A stretch of 48,822 nucleotides of DNA, from IMG/VR virus record IMGVR_UViG_2541047788_000006. The stretch is one strand, 5' to 3'. Below are positions 14,519-24,459 of this stretch, piece by piece; the first letter of the stretch is position 1; every line of letters starts with the position of its first letter. The notes below the pieces were generated by a model. The model saw only the letters and a program-made list of their open reading frames with translations. It did no database searches and was not told where the DNA came from. The position numbers and the translations under genes are program-made. This DNA is from a virus (lineage: Duplodnaviria; Heunggongvirae; Uroviricota; Caudoviricetes).

Positions 14519-17500
14519 TACCGATATGCTCCACTTAACCGACCACCATCACGGGCCTGCTGTTGCATAAAGTCCGCTGCCGCTTTTTTCCCGAGGTCAT
14601 AAACCGCCTTCAGGGCAGCCGGACCTATCTGCCCGTTCGTGCCATCGTTATTGATCTCGATGTTGTACTGCGGGGAAAACATCGCCATACCTGAACCCCC
14701 AATATCCGCCACAACCCCCAGCTTACCGTCAGCACCACGACGCAATGGCAGAATGGCTTCAGGTCCCGCTTCCCCCATCACACCCGCGCCTTTTGCAAAA
14801 GCAAAAAACGTCGGACGGTTAACCACCGTGCCACTGTAACGACTCAAATCAGCAGACTGATAAATCCCCCCATTGGCATTCAGGGAAAGGCTGCTGAGAT
14901 CAAATCCCAGCACACTGCCAATCCCTTTTATCGATTTCATCATGGTTGCCTGCGCCAGGATTTTCGCCATATCTGACAGCACAGAAGAGGTGAAGGATTT
15001 GAAATTGAGTTTGCCGGTAGTGACAAAAGTTGCCAGGCCATTTCCCATGTTGCTGAAGGCTGACGAGAACACCTGTTCTGCTGTTCCTGCCGTATTATCT
15101 GCATCCACGGTAAAATCCTGAAATGCACGCAGGACTCCGTTTTTCCAGTTACCCTGCACAACTTCAAGCTGTTGCCAGTAACGGCGATTCTCATTCAGTT
15201 GTCGGTTCAGGCTCTCCGTCAGCGCCTGCTCGGCCTTTCTGTAGTCATCCGTGTTATATGTTCCTTTCTGCTCACTATCCCGCCTCAACTGCTCCAGCTG
15301 TTGCTGGTATTTCTGGCGAAGACTCAGTTGTACCTGATATCGCTGCCGCTGCTGATCACCCATACCCACCGTGGCGATATCCAGGTCATGTTGCTGACGC
15401 TGAGCGCGCTCTTCTTCAGCCAGTTGACTGGTCAGCTGAATTGTTTTTTTCTTCAGCTCGTTGAGTGCCGTCTGTTTCTGAAGCTCCTGCTGTTTTACAT
15501 CCAGCAGCGTCAGTGCCTGAATCAGTTCATCTTTACGGGCCAGCACACTCTTTTCATCTGCCGTCAGTTTTTTCCCGTCCAGGTCGCTGATGCGCTGCTG
15601 CAGAGCCAGAAGCTGTTTATGCGCTTCTGTCATCCTTTCCGTGGCAATGCCTGCTGACTGTCTGGCAGCAGCAATCTGTCCTTCCACCTGTGCCTGTTGC
15701 TGACTGTACTGCAGCAATAACCGGGTGGCCTCATCATTACGGGGTTCGCGTGTTTTTTTCTTACCGGATGCCAGGGCTTTCTCGTAACGTTCATTTTCAC
15801 GTTGTATCGCTGCATCCCTGACAGCCTGATCGGCGTACTGCATGGAATTAATACGCGCAATTTCACGCTGATGTCGTGCTGCTTCCGTTTCATTCATCCG
15901 GTTCAGTGCAGCATTTTCAGCATTACGTCGTTTCTGTTGCTCCTGATAATTCCGCTCTGCCTGCTCTTTTGCATCCTGCAAATCCTTCTGGCGTTTTTTC
16001 TCCTGAAGATCGTTAAGACGCTGCTGATCGTATTCAACCTGAGAAGATGATGCCGTCCAGGGGAGTCTTTTCGCCCGCGACACTTTCTCCTGTAAAGCGG
16101 CAATCTGTTCATCCAGCGAGTCTTCACGACCAATATTCATGGCCGCATCCCAGAAACGACTCCACAAATCAGACAGATACTTCAGCGTACTGCCAAGCGC
16201 ATTGAGGTTATTATCAATATCCGCAGTACGCCGACCGGTTTCCTCTGCCAGTGCAGACATGGCTATCCGTGCAGCATCACTGGACCGTCCCTGATCCCCA
16301 AGGACACGTATCTGCTCAAGCTGAGTGGCAGTAAGAAAATGCAGCTCATTGTCCAGAGCCTTCGCGGCATTTACAGGATCATCCTTCAGCCGCTTAAACT
16401 GATTTATGGTATCGCTGACCGACTGGCCAACCGATCGCTCCATCTGTGCGGCAGCTCTCGCCACCATACCGATATCGTTTCCACGAAATGCACCACTCCC
16501 CACCACCTGAGCCAGCGCACCGGCTGCAGCATGTTGCGTGATACCATTCCCGGAAATAGCACGACTGAGCGTCCACAGCTGCCCGGCAGTGACTCCGGCA
16601 TAATGCCCCGTCAGCGACAACTGGCGGTTAAATTCTTCCCCCTCCTTCTGACCGTCATACCAGGCTTTACCCAGACCATAGACGGACGCGGCAATACCGC
16701 CAATAACCCCGCCAAGCATCATGCCTTTCGGTGACATCAGAGTGTCTATCCATCCGGCACGGTTAGCCAGCGTTATCCCGGATCCCCTCAGCGCCCCTAA
16801 ATTGCCGCGGGCCAGTTCACCTATCAGAACGCCAATCTCCTGGCGGGCCGCTGCACTTTTCAGACCCAGCGAATGCGTGGCTTTTCCTGCCTGCTCCATT
16901 TTGCGGATATACACTTCTGCAGCACTGCTTACCCCCAGCTGGGCAGCCTTAGCACGAAGCAACTCAGAAGAAGAAAGATTCTGGCGGGTTGCCTGCTCTT
17001 TAAGCTGACGGATAAACGCCACTTTCTGTCGGGTAGCCTCTTCCTCAGCCTGCGTAAGAACACGGGTTTTCGCCGTAACCTCAGAAATCAGCGCCAGATA
17101 ATCCTGCTGACCAATCCCGCCACTGTTTCTGGCCTGTCGGATCTGCTGCTGAATACGCTGTAATTCCTGCAGCCCCGCACTGGCCTGTTTCACACTGTCA
17201 ATCTGACGATAAAACGCGGCAGCCGCTTTATCCTGAGCCTCCGCCAGAGCCATGGCCTGCGCCTGTTCCTCGCGCATTTTCTGGCTCAGTGCCTCCATAC
17301 GCTGGCGGGTTTGCTCCACCTCGCGGGCCATGCGTTCATGAGCCTGTGCGCTCTTCTCCACCGTCTGCGCATGGACGGATGCGGCTGTTGCAGCCGAAGA
17401 AGCCGCCTGCATTGTCTGCCGGGCGGCCTGAGTCTGACGCTCCATAAAACGCTGCATACGGGCAGAAGACCGTTCTGCATCGCTGGCTGCACCATTCAGA

Positions 17501-17613
17501 AGGTTTTTGATACGGGGAATTTCATTTTTAAACTCTGCCGCATCAATCCCCAAATCAATGACCAGGTTGGCTATCTGGTCCATAACGCACACCTCCGGAA
17601 ATACCTTCCCCAA
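14518..17613 (-). CDS. H: tail tape measure protein H
   Basis: 1031-aa largely alpha-helical, Ala/Gln/Arg/Glu-rich protein between G/T and M; start may be 17583 (MDQIANLVIDLG...). Confidence 0.9.
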   Translation of the reverse strand: MGKVFPEVCVMDQIANLVIDLGIDAAEFKNEIPRIKNLLNGAASDAERSSARMQRFMERQTQAARQTMQAASSAATAASVHAQTVEKSAQAHERMAREVEQTRQRMEALSQKMREEQAQAMALAEAQDKAAAAFYRQIDSVKQASAGLQELQRIQQQIRQARNSGGIGQQDYLALISEVTAKTRVLTQAEEEATRQKVAFIRQLKEQATRQNLSSSELLRAKAAQLGVSSAAEVYIRKMEQAGKATHSLGLKSAAARQEIGVLIGELARGNLGALRGSGITLANRAGWIDTLMSPKGMMLGGVIGGIAASVYGLGKAWYDGQKEGEEFNRQLSLTGHYAGVTAGQLWTLSRAISGNGITQHAAAGALAQVVGSGAFRGNDIGMVARAAAQMERSVGQSVSDTINQFKRLKDDPVNAAKALDNELHFLTATQLEQIRVLGDQGRSSDAARIAMSALAEETGRRTADIDNNLNALGSTLKYLSDLWSRFWDAAMNIGREDSLDEQIAALQEKVSRAKRLPWTASSSQVEYDQQRLNDLQEKKRQKDLQDAKEQAERNYQEQQKRRNAENAALNRMNETEAARHQREIARINSMQYADQAVRDAAIQRENERYEKALASGKKKTREPRNDEATRLLLQYSQQQAQVEGQIAAARQSAGIATERMTEAHKQLLALQQRISDLDGKKLTADEKSVLARKDELIQALTLLDVKQQELQKQTALNELKKKTIQLTSQLAEEERAQRQQHDLDIATVGMGDQQRQRYQVQLSLRQKYQQQLEQLRRDSEQKGTYNTDDYRKAEQALTESLNRQLNENRRYWQQLEVVQGNWKNGVLRAFQDFTVDADNTAGTAEQVFSSAFSNMGNGLATFVTTGKLNFKSFTSSVLSDMAKILAQATMMKSIKGIGSVLGFDLSSLSLNANGGIYQSADLSRYSGTVVNRPTFFAFAKGAGVMGEAGPEAILPLRRGADGKLGVVADIGGSGMAMFSPQYNIEINNDGTNGQIGPAALKAVYDLGKKAAADFMQQQARDGGRLSGAYR

Positions 17614-17884
17614 GATGCATCAGTTCTTCGTCCGTTCGCTCCGGTATCCCGTTCTCTTCCGGTAAAAGGCTGAAATCAGCCACCGCAGCATCACTGCTAC
17701 CGGACACCATTCTCACGATCAATGCCTTCAGCGAGGCAAACTGCGCATCCATCCACACATCACTGAAGCTCTGCATCCGGAAATAATCGCCCCACTCACC
17801 AAGCTCAGTGGCCGACATTTCCGACAGCATCCGCCGCCAGTCTGCCCGCCGGAACTCCCGGGCAAGCCGCATGACAAACTGCAT
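17555..17884 (-). CDS. T: T segment of the tail assembly chaperone G-T fusion (reached by -1 frameshift from G)
   Basis: ORF in the -1 frame relative to G; this frame is open from 17917, overlapping the last 8 codons of G; lambda gpT-like. Confidence 0.7.
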   Translation of the reverse strand: MQFVMRLAREFRRADWRRMLSEMSATELGEWGDYFRMQSFSDVWMDAQFASLKALIVRMVSGSSDAAVADFSLLPEENGIPERTDEELMHLGEGISGGVRYGPDSQPGH

Positions 17885-17892
17885 TTCCCGCG

Positions 17893-18321
17893 TCAGGACT
17901 TTTCCGGCGTCAGCACCTCATGCTCCAAATCCCCGGCATTCTCAATGACTCCCATACCGCTCAGCGACAGAACCATCTCCGCCCCCGCTCCCAGGGCATC
18001 ATACGACCATGTTGTAATAACGGATGCGCAAAGCGTCTCAACATCCTGAGACTGTTCCGCATTCCACAGTGAGCGGGAAACCAGCCAGGCATTGATATCC
18101 ATCCCCATCCGCAGAAAAGCAATCTGTCGTTCAGCCTCCGGCAGTTCTCCCTCTTCGGCATCAAACTTTGCCGTTCGCTGCTGAACAAACGCCAGATATT
18201 CAATTCTCTGCAGCCCGGACAGCTCACTGAGCACCACGGACTGCTTTTCATAATTAAACGTGCCCTGTTTCAGAAACATCATGTTCTCCACCTGCAAAAA
18301 AGCCCCGGATAACCGGGGCAA
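17893..18321 (-). CDS. G: tail assembly chaperone G
   Basis: 142-aa ORF; segment MFLKQGTFNYEKQSVVLSELSGLQRIEYL resembles the lambda gpG N-terminus (likely true start near 18279); followed by the overlapping T frame. Confidence 0.8.
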   Translation of the reverse strand: MPRLSGAFLQVENMMFLKQGTFNYEKQSVVLSELSGLQRIEYLAFVQQRTAKFDAEEGELPEAERQIAFLRMGMDINAWLVSRSLWNAEQSQDVETLCASVITTWSYDALGAGAEMVLSLSGMGVIENAGDLEHEVLTPEKS

Positions 18322-18339
18322 ATGATGAGTATCGTCCTG

Positions 18340-19089
18340 TTAACCTGCGGCGCTGACAGCCACCGCAGCCACTGCCACAAAATCGCCGTCAGAAGTCATG
18401 CCCACAATGCTGACACTGCCCTGCTTCACGCCTTTCACCGTGGCCACAAGCCCGTTCAGGGTCACCGTGGCAGTCTGTGGATCTGTCGAATGCACACTGA
18501 TCGCTTTGTCACTGGCTCCGTCAGGTTTTACTGTAAAGGTCAGCGTGGTGGTTGCTCCCACTTTTACACTGGCAGATGCCGGTGCCACCGTCAGCCCGGT
18601 AACGCTCACTGTTTCAGTGCCTTCCTCTGCCAGATACGGACGCCCCACACCGCTGATTTTCACTGTGCGGGTCATCACGTCTTTTGAGGCAATGGTTTTA
18701 CCCAGTGAGCTCAGCCAGCCACGGAAAACATCAACAGTGCCGTTGGGATATTTGATACGAAACGCGCAGACTTCACCGGAGTCGAACAACTGAACCAGTT
18801 TTTTCTGCCCGCTGTCACCCGGACGCCAGGCCAGCGTCGCCGAAGTATCACCGACGGATTTCTGCCCCTGGGTTGTCGTTTTCCAGTCTGCATCTTCATC
18901 ATCGAGATAAGTGTCATCTTCTGCATCAGCGGTCATTTCGCCAGGTTGCAGATCCTTCACCATCGCAAGACGCAGCCAGTCAGTGTCCGATAAAGGGTTC
19001 GCAAACGCATCGCCCTTGCCGGTGTACATCCAGAACGTCGTTCCCGCACCTTTCGTTTTTGCCAGTGGATTTGGTGTGGTCATTGCCAC
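18340..19089 (-). CDS. V: major tail tube protein V
   Basis: 249 aa with C-terminal Ig-like (Big_2-type) segment, as in lambda gpV. Confidence 0.9.
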   Translation of the reverse strand: MAMTTPNPLAKTKGAGTTFWMYTGKGDAFANPLSDTDWLRLAMVKDLQPGEMTADAEDDTYLDDEDADWKTTTQGQKSVGDTSATLAWRPGDSGQKKLVQLFDSGEVCAFRIKYPNGTVDVFRGWLSSLGKTIASKDVMTRTVKISGVGRPYLAEEGTETVSVTGLTVAPASASVKVGATTTLTFTVKPDGASDKAISVHSTDPQTATVTLNGLVATVKGVKQGSVSIVGMTSDGDFVAVAAVAVSAAG

Positions 19090-19094
19090 CTCCT

Positions 19095-19496
19095 TTAATT
19101 CGTGTACGTGATCTGGTACGTGATTTCCGCCATCGCCCAGGTGGCCATCTCATTATCACGTTGATAGTTAAAACCGAGAGGGATCAGGGTGTCGATGAGT
19201 CCGGAAAGTGCCGGTATATCATTCAGGGCCGGGAAAATGGTGCTCTCCATCCACATATCCAGCTCTGAATCCGGTGCCTGTGCCCGGATGAAGACAGCAA
19301 TATGCAGAACAGCCTGCCAGTCATCTTCATCCGTCATTTTTCCGGTGTACTGAGCATCACTCAGCCACACCGCCACGGCAGGCAGTTCCTGCGCATCAAT
19401 AAATGCCGGAAGCCCGTCAAAAAACGTGGCGCTGTCTCCACACTGTTCCCGAAGGCGTGCCAGTACGGCCTGGCGGATTTGTGTATGTCGGTTCAT
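19095..19496 (-). CDS. U: tail terminator protein U
   Basis: lambda gpU-like; start chosen at MNRHTQ, giving an ATGA overlap with the Z stop (the ORF track extends to 19508). Confidence 0.8.
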   Translation of the reverse strand: MNRHTQIRQAVLARLREQCGDSATFFDGLPAFIDAQELPAVAVWLSDAQYTGKMTDEDDWQAVLHIAVFIRAQAPDSELDMWMESTIFPALNDIPALSGLIDTLIPLGFNYQRDNEMATWAMAEITYQITYTN

Positions 19497-20071
19497 CGGG
19501 TCAGCCATAACCTCAGTTGTTGTTTCAGTGCATACCCCAGCTGTTTCGGCATTTCCGCAGCAATAATGCGGTCGCGGGCATCTTCAAATGCCTGTGTCAG
19601 CGGTCCGGACAGCGGGACTTTCACCACATCAATGGGGTAACGATTTTTGCCATCAATACGCCGCATCACATGCCAGCGACCATTCGCCAGTTGCTGAATA
19701 AACGCATCCCGGAAAAGATATTTACCCACCTTCAGCACACTGCCACGGTACTGCAGTTTTCCACCACGCCGGGCCAGTCTGACCCGGGCTGTCCCCAGCT
19801 TAATAGCGGGCAGATTGCCCCGGTTAACGCGGATCCTGGCCGTCATTTTTCCTGACGGACTGGCTTTAAACACCCGGACACGCTGACGTACCAGTTTCAG
19901 GGGGATCCCTTTCACCTGGTTATCTCCCGCAACGGTATTCCCGGCAACCTGCCGGGTGGCGACCGAGACCGCTTTCTGTGCCACACGGTTTATCGCCCAT
20001 GCGCTGGCCTGTGGCACCATACGGGTATCAAGGCTGTTCAGATTACGGATGGCATTCTCAAGCCCCTTCAT
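19493..20071 (-). CDS. Z: tail completion protein Z
   Basis: 192 aa, same length as lambda gpZ; basic protein. Confidence 0.85.
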   Translation of the reverse strand: MKGLENAIRNLNSLDTRMVPQASAWAINRVAQKAVSVATRQVAGNTVAGDNQVKGIPLKLVRQRVRVFKASPSGKMTARIRVNRGNLPAIKLGTARVRLARRGGKLQYRGSVLKVGKYLFRDAFIQQLANGRWHVMRRIDGKNRYPIDVVKVPLSGPLTQAFEDARDRIIAAEMPKQLGYALKQQLRLWLTR

Positions 20072-20082
20072 CCCACACCTCT

Positions 20083-20358
20083 TTACTCAATAAAGATCAT
20101 TGGCTTACCGTTAAAACGTTCATGCCGTGTGACCGTCCATTGTTGTCCGTCATAAACAACGCGATCCCCGCGCCGTGGGCGGTATCCCGAAGAAAACACC
20201 ACCAGAGAGACCGCAGGTCCGGACAGAGCATTCAGCTCTGCCAGTGTTTCTCCCGGGATCACAGTCATATCGACATCATTAATCGAGGCTGTCTTTCCCA
20301 TCTTTCTGACCGTGATAGCATCCATACGCGCTGCCAGCCGGGAAAAGGGATCAGACAT
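20083..20358 (-). CDS. head-tail connector / tail attachment protein (FII-like position)
   Basis: 91-aa ORF between the head module and Z; assignment by position only. Confidence 0.5.
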   Translation of the reverse strand: MSDPFSRLAARMDAITVRKMGKTASINDVDMTVIPGETLAELNALSGPAVSLVVFSSGYRPRRGDRVVYDGQQWTVTRHERFNGKPMIFIE

Positions 20359-20674
20359 TGAGTTTTACCGGCACTTCTTCTGCACTGGTTCCGGCATCTG
20401 CCCAGACAACCCCGACCAGCGGATCAGAGCCGCTGTTAGTCAGCTGAACTTTTCCGGACTTCAGATAAACCTTCTTACCCGTTTTCATGTCATCCGTTTT
20501 CAGCTTAGGCAGCATAAACACACCTTCGGTCATGCCGTCGCCTGTTTCACCCTGTGGAATATCGGTCAGCGCCACCGCAAAAACATCGCCCACCTGCACC
20601 AGATCTCCGCTGCTGATGGCTGCACTGGCAACAATCGCCACCGTTTTTCCTTCTTCTACAAAATTCTTTGCCAT
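20351..20674 (-). CDS. small head-associated protein (DUF2190-like), function unknown
   Basis: ORF 20351..20719; likely start MAKNFVEEGKTV; immediately downstream of the capsid gene. Confidence 0.45.
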   Translation of the reverse strand: MAKNFVEEGKTVAIVASAAISSGDLVQVGDVFAVALTDIPQGETGDGMTEGVFMLPKLKTDDMKTGKKVYLKSGKVQLTNSGSDPLVGVVWADAGTSAEEVPVKLNV

Positions 20675-20760
20675 AACTGTCTCCGCACAGCCCCGTTCAG
20701 GGGCTGATTTCAGGTACAAAAAAAGCCCTTACGGGCCATCAGAGTTGTTGTCTGCGACGT

Positions 20761-22719
20761 TTACGCCGTACATTTCACCAGACCGCGGTGATCAACTGGC
20801 GCGACACCGGCGTCAATACGCACTTTCGTTGTCACGCCATCCACACTGAAGCCCTCCATCTGATCAATATATGGCGTATCCACACCGTTGAGATAAGCCA
20901 CTTCAATCGTATCGGAGCCTTTTGACGCAGCCAGGTAGAAGGTGGTCTGGCTGTTATCATCAAGACGAGGCTCTGCAATAACGGTCGCAAAATCTTTCAC
21001 CGGGTTAATAATACCGGCGTTAATGTCAGCCCCCTTGACACTTGAGGAGCGAATGACCTGGTTAGCAACAGACTCCATCGCCGTCGGTACCAGTACGAAC
21101 GCAGGACGAATATTCAGATGACGCTCCCCCTCTTTCTGAACGCGCATCAACTGGCGGGCTTTATCCAGCGATGCCACGTCCATTGCAGCGCTCTCCAGTA
21201 CGTTTGCATGTTTCGCTTTATCGAACAGACTTACATTATCTGTGGAGATTTTCGGGTTAGACGTCAGAATGGCATAAACCAGATCGGCAATAGTGGATTT
21301 CGCCGCACGGCCCAGTTTCATCGGGACATCGGTCAGCATATTCAGATCATCATTGATAATGGCCTGACGGGTGATACTGAACAGCTCGCCATAGGTCGCC
21401 AGTGCAATAGTGGCCTGTTTATCTCCGGTGGTGACGTATTTATATTCCGCCCCTTCACGCACCTGACGTAGAGCACTGAAGCCCCCCATACCCACACGAT
21501 GGGCAATTTTAAAATCAGACAACTGACCTTTCCGCGTCCACTGTTCATAGGTTTCAGGGGCATCTTCCCAGCCCTGCAGAATGGCTTTGTTCGCAACATC
21601 CAGCAGAATATTACCGAAGTCAGACGTACTGTGTGTGAACGCCGCACCGACCATCTGCATCGGGTTATAACCGGAAACCCCAATACCCCGTTCAGTTAGT
21701 GACATACGGGCATATTCACGCAGGGTCATCCCGTTGTAGACATTATCACGTTCGGTTTTTTCAAATCCGGCACGCGCCATCAGCGCCTGGCGAATCCCGT
21801 CCCCCACAAAATTACCGTTACCGGCATAAATATGAGCCGGGGTATTTTTATTGGATGGCGTGGACTCGCGCCCCATCTCGTTCAACAGCTTTTCACGGGC
21901 CTGCTCCAGCGAACATTCAGGATCGGCAAGACACTGGGCCTGCAGCGTCTGATAACGCCCGCCAAACATGGCAAACAGATCATTAATACCGTTTACACGC
22001 GCTTTTTGCTCTGCCAGTACCTGCGCACGGATACTGTTTTCATCCACCACGGGTGCTGCTGCCTGCACTGGCGTCCGGGAGGCTGCAGGTTCATCATCCT
22101 GTACGCGTGGAGCACTGTTGCGTGGCGGAGTAATCATGTTTCGAATGGATTCCGGCATCTTTTTAAATTCCTCTGTACGTTTTGACTGAATACATGCCAT
22201 TGCCTTAACGGCTGGTGTCACCTGATCAGCAAATCCCTGTGCCAGACATTCGGCACCGGACATCCAGGTCTCATCCGCCAGCATGGCAGCAATTTCATCG
22301 GTGGTTTTCCCGGTTTTCTGTGCATAAGCGGGTAACAGAACCGCCTCAACTTTATCGAGCAGGTCGGCATAGGTGCGCATGTCCTCCGCATCACCGCCCG
22401 TAAAGCCAAATGGTTTATGAATCATCATGAAGGAGTTTTCCGGCATAATGACCGGGTTTCCCACCATCGCAATGACCGACGCCATTGACGCCGCCACACC
22501 GTCGACATAAACGGTAATGGACGCACCATGTGTTTTCAGTGCATTAAAAATGGCGATGCCTTCAAAGACATCGCCACCCGGTGAATTAATATGGAGATTA
22601 ATGTGGGTGATATCGCCCAGTGCATTCAGATCACTGATAAACTGCTTCGCTGTAACACCCCAGAAACCAATCTCGTCATAAATATAAATATCCGCGTCAC
22701 TCTGGTGACCTGCCTGCAT
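20761..22719 (-). CDS. prohead protease (ClpP/S49-like) fused to major capsid protein
   Basis: N-terminal ClpP-like segment (IYIYDEIGFWGV...INSPGGDVFEGIAIFNAL...MASVIAMVG) followed by ~450 aa capsid-like region; start set at MQAGHQ (ATG 22719), overlapping the portal end by 14 nt; the ORF track's upstream extension overlaps portal and is unlikely coding. Confidence 0.75.
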   Translation of the reverse strand: MQAGHQSDADIYIYDEIGFWGVTAKQFISDLNALGDITHINLHINSPGGDVFEGIAIFNALKTHGASITVYVDGVAASMASVIAMVGNPVIMPENSFMMIHKPFGFTGGDAEDMRTYADLLDKVEAVLLPAYAQKTGKTTDEIAAMLADETWMSGAECLAQGFADQVTPAVKAMACIQSKRTEEFKKMPESIRNMITPPRNSAPRVQDDEPAASRTPVQAAAPVVDENSIRAQVLAEQKARVNGINDLFAMFGGRYQTLQAQCLADPECSLEQAREKLLNEMGRESTPSNKNTPAHIYAGNGNFVGDGIRQALMARAGFEKTERDNVYNGMTLREYARMSLTERGIGVSGYNPMQMVGAAFTHSTSDFGNILLDVANKAILQGWEDAPETYEQWTRKGQLSDFKIAHRVGMGGFSALRQVREGAEYKYVTTGDKQATIALATYGELFSITRQAIINDDLNMLTDVPMKLGRAAKSTIADLVYAILTSNPKISTDNVSLFDKAKHANVLESAAMDVASLDKARQLMRVQKEGERHLNIRPAFVLVPTAMESVANQVIRSSSVKGADINAGIINPVKDFATVIAEPRLDDNSQTTFYLAASKGSDTIEVAYLNGVDTPYIDQMEGFSVDGVTTKVRIDAGVAPVDHRGLVKCTA

Positions 22720-22732
22720 CCTGAACCAGGAA

Positions 22733-24241
22733 TTATTCTTCGGACTGGTCGTCGGTGTGCTGCGGCTCCTGTCGTTTCGTTGCGGCACTGCTGCCTCCTT
22801 TATCACTGGCCGGATCGGTATCAAATACCAGATCCAGCTTGCGGTTTTCATCAATTTCGGCCTTGCGCCGACGTTTGACATCATCCGGATTACGACCACC
22901 TGCACGTACCCAGTCTGATTCTGTCGCCGCTCCACCACGAATCTGAATTTTCCAGGCCTCAGCCTCCTTAACAGGGTCAATCCACGGCATCACCGGTCCG
23001 GAATACACCGCGGTATACAGTGAAGAACGATCAAGATCGCGGGGTAGCCTGATAACACCGGATGCCACAGCCTGTTTCAGCCAGGCACGATACATCGGGC
23101 GGGTGACGGCACCAATAAACCAGTCCTGCAGGATCAGGTAGCCATCAGTGGATTCAACCAGCTCCTGACGCTGGGCGCTGTAAGTGCCGTTATAGTTGCG
23201 TGCCGTACTGGAAAAACTCAGACGACTGCCCGCCGCCACGGCACGCAACTGACCATTACGAAAAGTTTCAAGGTTAGGATTGGGACGATCCGACTTCACC
23301 ATTCCGATTTCTTCGCCGGGTTTCAGATCGTCGTAAATAATGCCTGGCTGAATGGTAAGCTCGCGTTCATTCTCCTTGCTGCCATTACCATCCGGTTCAT
23401 AGCTCTGCCCGTCGCCTTTCCGGATGTACATCCCCAGAGCAGCGGCGATCCTTGCTGCAGTCAGCTCAGAATCTTCATACTCTTTCAGGGCACTGAGGCG
23501 GATCAGCACACCGGACAACAAAGACGTCCCGCGCATCTGGTGCAGACGGCGAACAAATTTAAGATGCAGCATTCGCTCTGCATCCACTTCTTTGGTTTCC
23601 ATCTGCCGCCCGGATACGGGACGGCTTTTATACACCAGATATTTTTCGGGACGCCCCCAGTCATCAACAAACACGCCCTGATTCAGCCTGTTGCTCTCAT
23701 CACTGGTCATGGGAATAAAGTCCGGCTCGAGCGCCTCCAGCCAGAAATGAACACCGGCAGAAGGCGTCAGGCTGTTTATGCGCCCGGAAACCATCTGGGC
23801 AAACACCTCACCATCGCGCAGCCAGGTACGCAGCATCAGACGTTCCAGCATCGGACGGGTAAACTGCCCGGTGACTTCCGGACTGACAGACCATTCACTC
23901 CATCGGGTGCGTATCTCCGCTGCCAGATCACGGGCAATGGCCCCATTGCGTAATACCGGATGTGGCTCGACAATAATCCCGTTTTTCCCCACCACCCGTT
24001 CTTCCAGCTTGTCAAATACACCAATAACCAGATCGTGGTTGTTATCAAGGTAACGGGCCTGCTCACGTAACGACACGGCCCCGTACTGGCTTAACTGGTC
24101 GGCAGTTCGGTTTTCCCGCCGGGCTTTGTGTGTCCGTGTCGTTTTTACGGCCTCATAAGCCTGGATCACCGCACGGGAACGCAGCCTTGCCGCTTTCCAT
24201 CCTGGTGAAAAAACGCCAATCACATCATCAAGAATTGCCAT
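22733..24241 (-). CDS. portal protein
   Basis: ~500-aa protein directly downstream of W-like and terL; acidic C-terminus; start set at MAILDDVIG, whose ATG overlaps the W stop by one nucleotide. Confidence 0.85.
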   Translation of the reverse strand: MAILDDVIGVFSPGWKAARLRSRAVIQAYEAVKTTRTHKARRENRTADQLSQYGAVSLREQARYLDNNHDLVIGVFDKLEERVVGKNGIIVEPHPVLRNGAIARDLAAEIRTRWSEWSVSPEVTGQFTRPMLERLMLRTWLRDGEVFAQMVSGRINSLTPSAGVHFWLEALEPDFIPMTSDESNRLNQGVFVDDWGRPEKYLVYKSRPVSGRQMETKEVDAERMLHLKFVRRLHQMRGTSLLSGVLIRLSALKEYEDSELTAARIAAALGMYIRKGDGQSYEPDGNGSKENERELTIQPGIIYDDLKPGEEIGMVKSDRPNPNLETFRNGQLRAVAAGSRLSFSSTARNYNGTYSAQRQELVESTDGYLILQDWFIGAVTRPMYRAWLKQAVASGVIRLPRDLDRSSLYTAVYSGPVMPWIDPVKEAEAWKIQIRGGAATESDWVRAGGRNPDDVKRRRKAEIDENRKLDLVFDTDPASDKGGSSAATKRQEPQHTDDQSEE

Positions 24242-24459
24242 CAGAACCTCGCCAGCCGGTACCCGGGATGCCCCCGTCGTCGTGTAATCAGAGCCGCAAG
24301 GCGGCGCTCCCACTCCTGCCGTCCCTGCCGGATCTCAGATAAGTTTTCCATGGTCATCTGCTGACCATTAAAGGTGACGGATTTTCCGTCCAGCACCGCC
24401 ATTTCAGCTTCCGTATAACGCTGAATCATGGCTTCGATATCATTCTGGTTCATAACCAT
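24241..24459 (-). CDS. gpW-like head-tail joining protein
   Basis: 72 aa; C-terminal ...RRRGHPGY resembles the lambda gpW C-terminus (...RRRGPAGFYV) as recalled; located between terL and portal as in lambda. Confidence 0.6.
   Translation of the reverse strand: MVMNQNDIEAMIQRYTEAEMAVLDGKSVTFNGQQMTMENLSEIRQGRQEWERRLAALITRRRGHPGYRLARF

Noticed and set aside
15172-15657. 161-aa plus-strand ORF, and similar short ORFs, antisense to the tape-measure gene H
   Set aside because: Antisense to a strongly supported structural gene; low-complexity Leu-rich translation typical of antisense to helical Ala/Gln/Glu-rich coding sequence.
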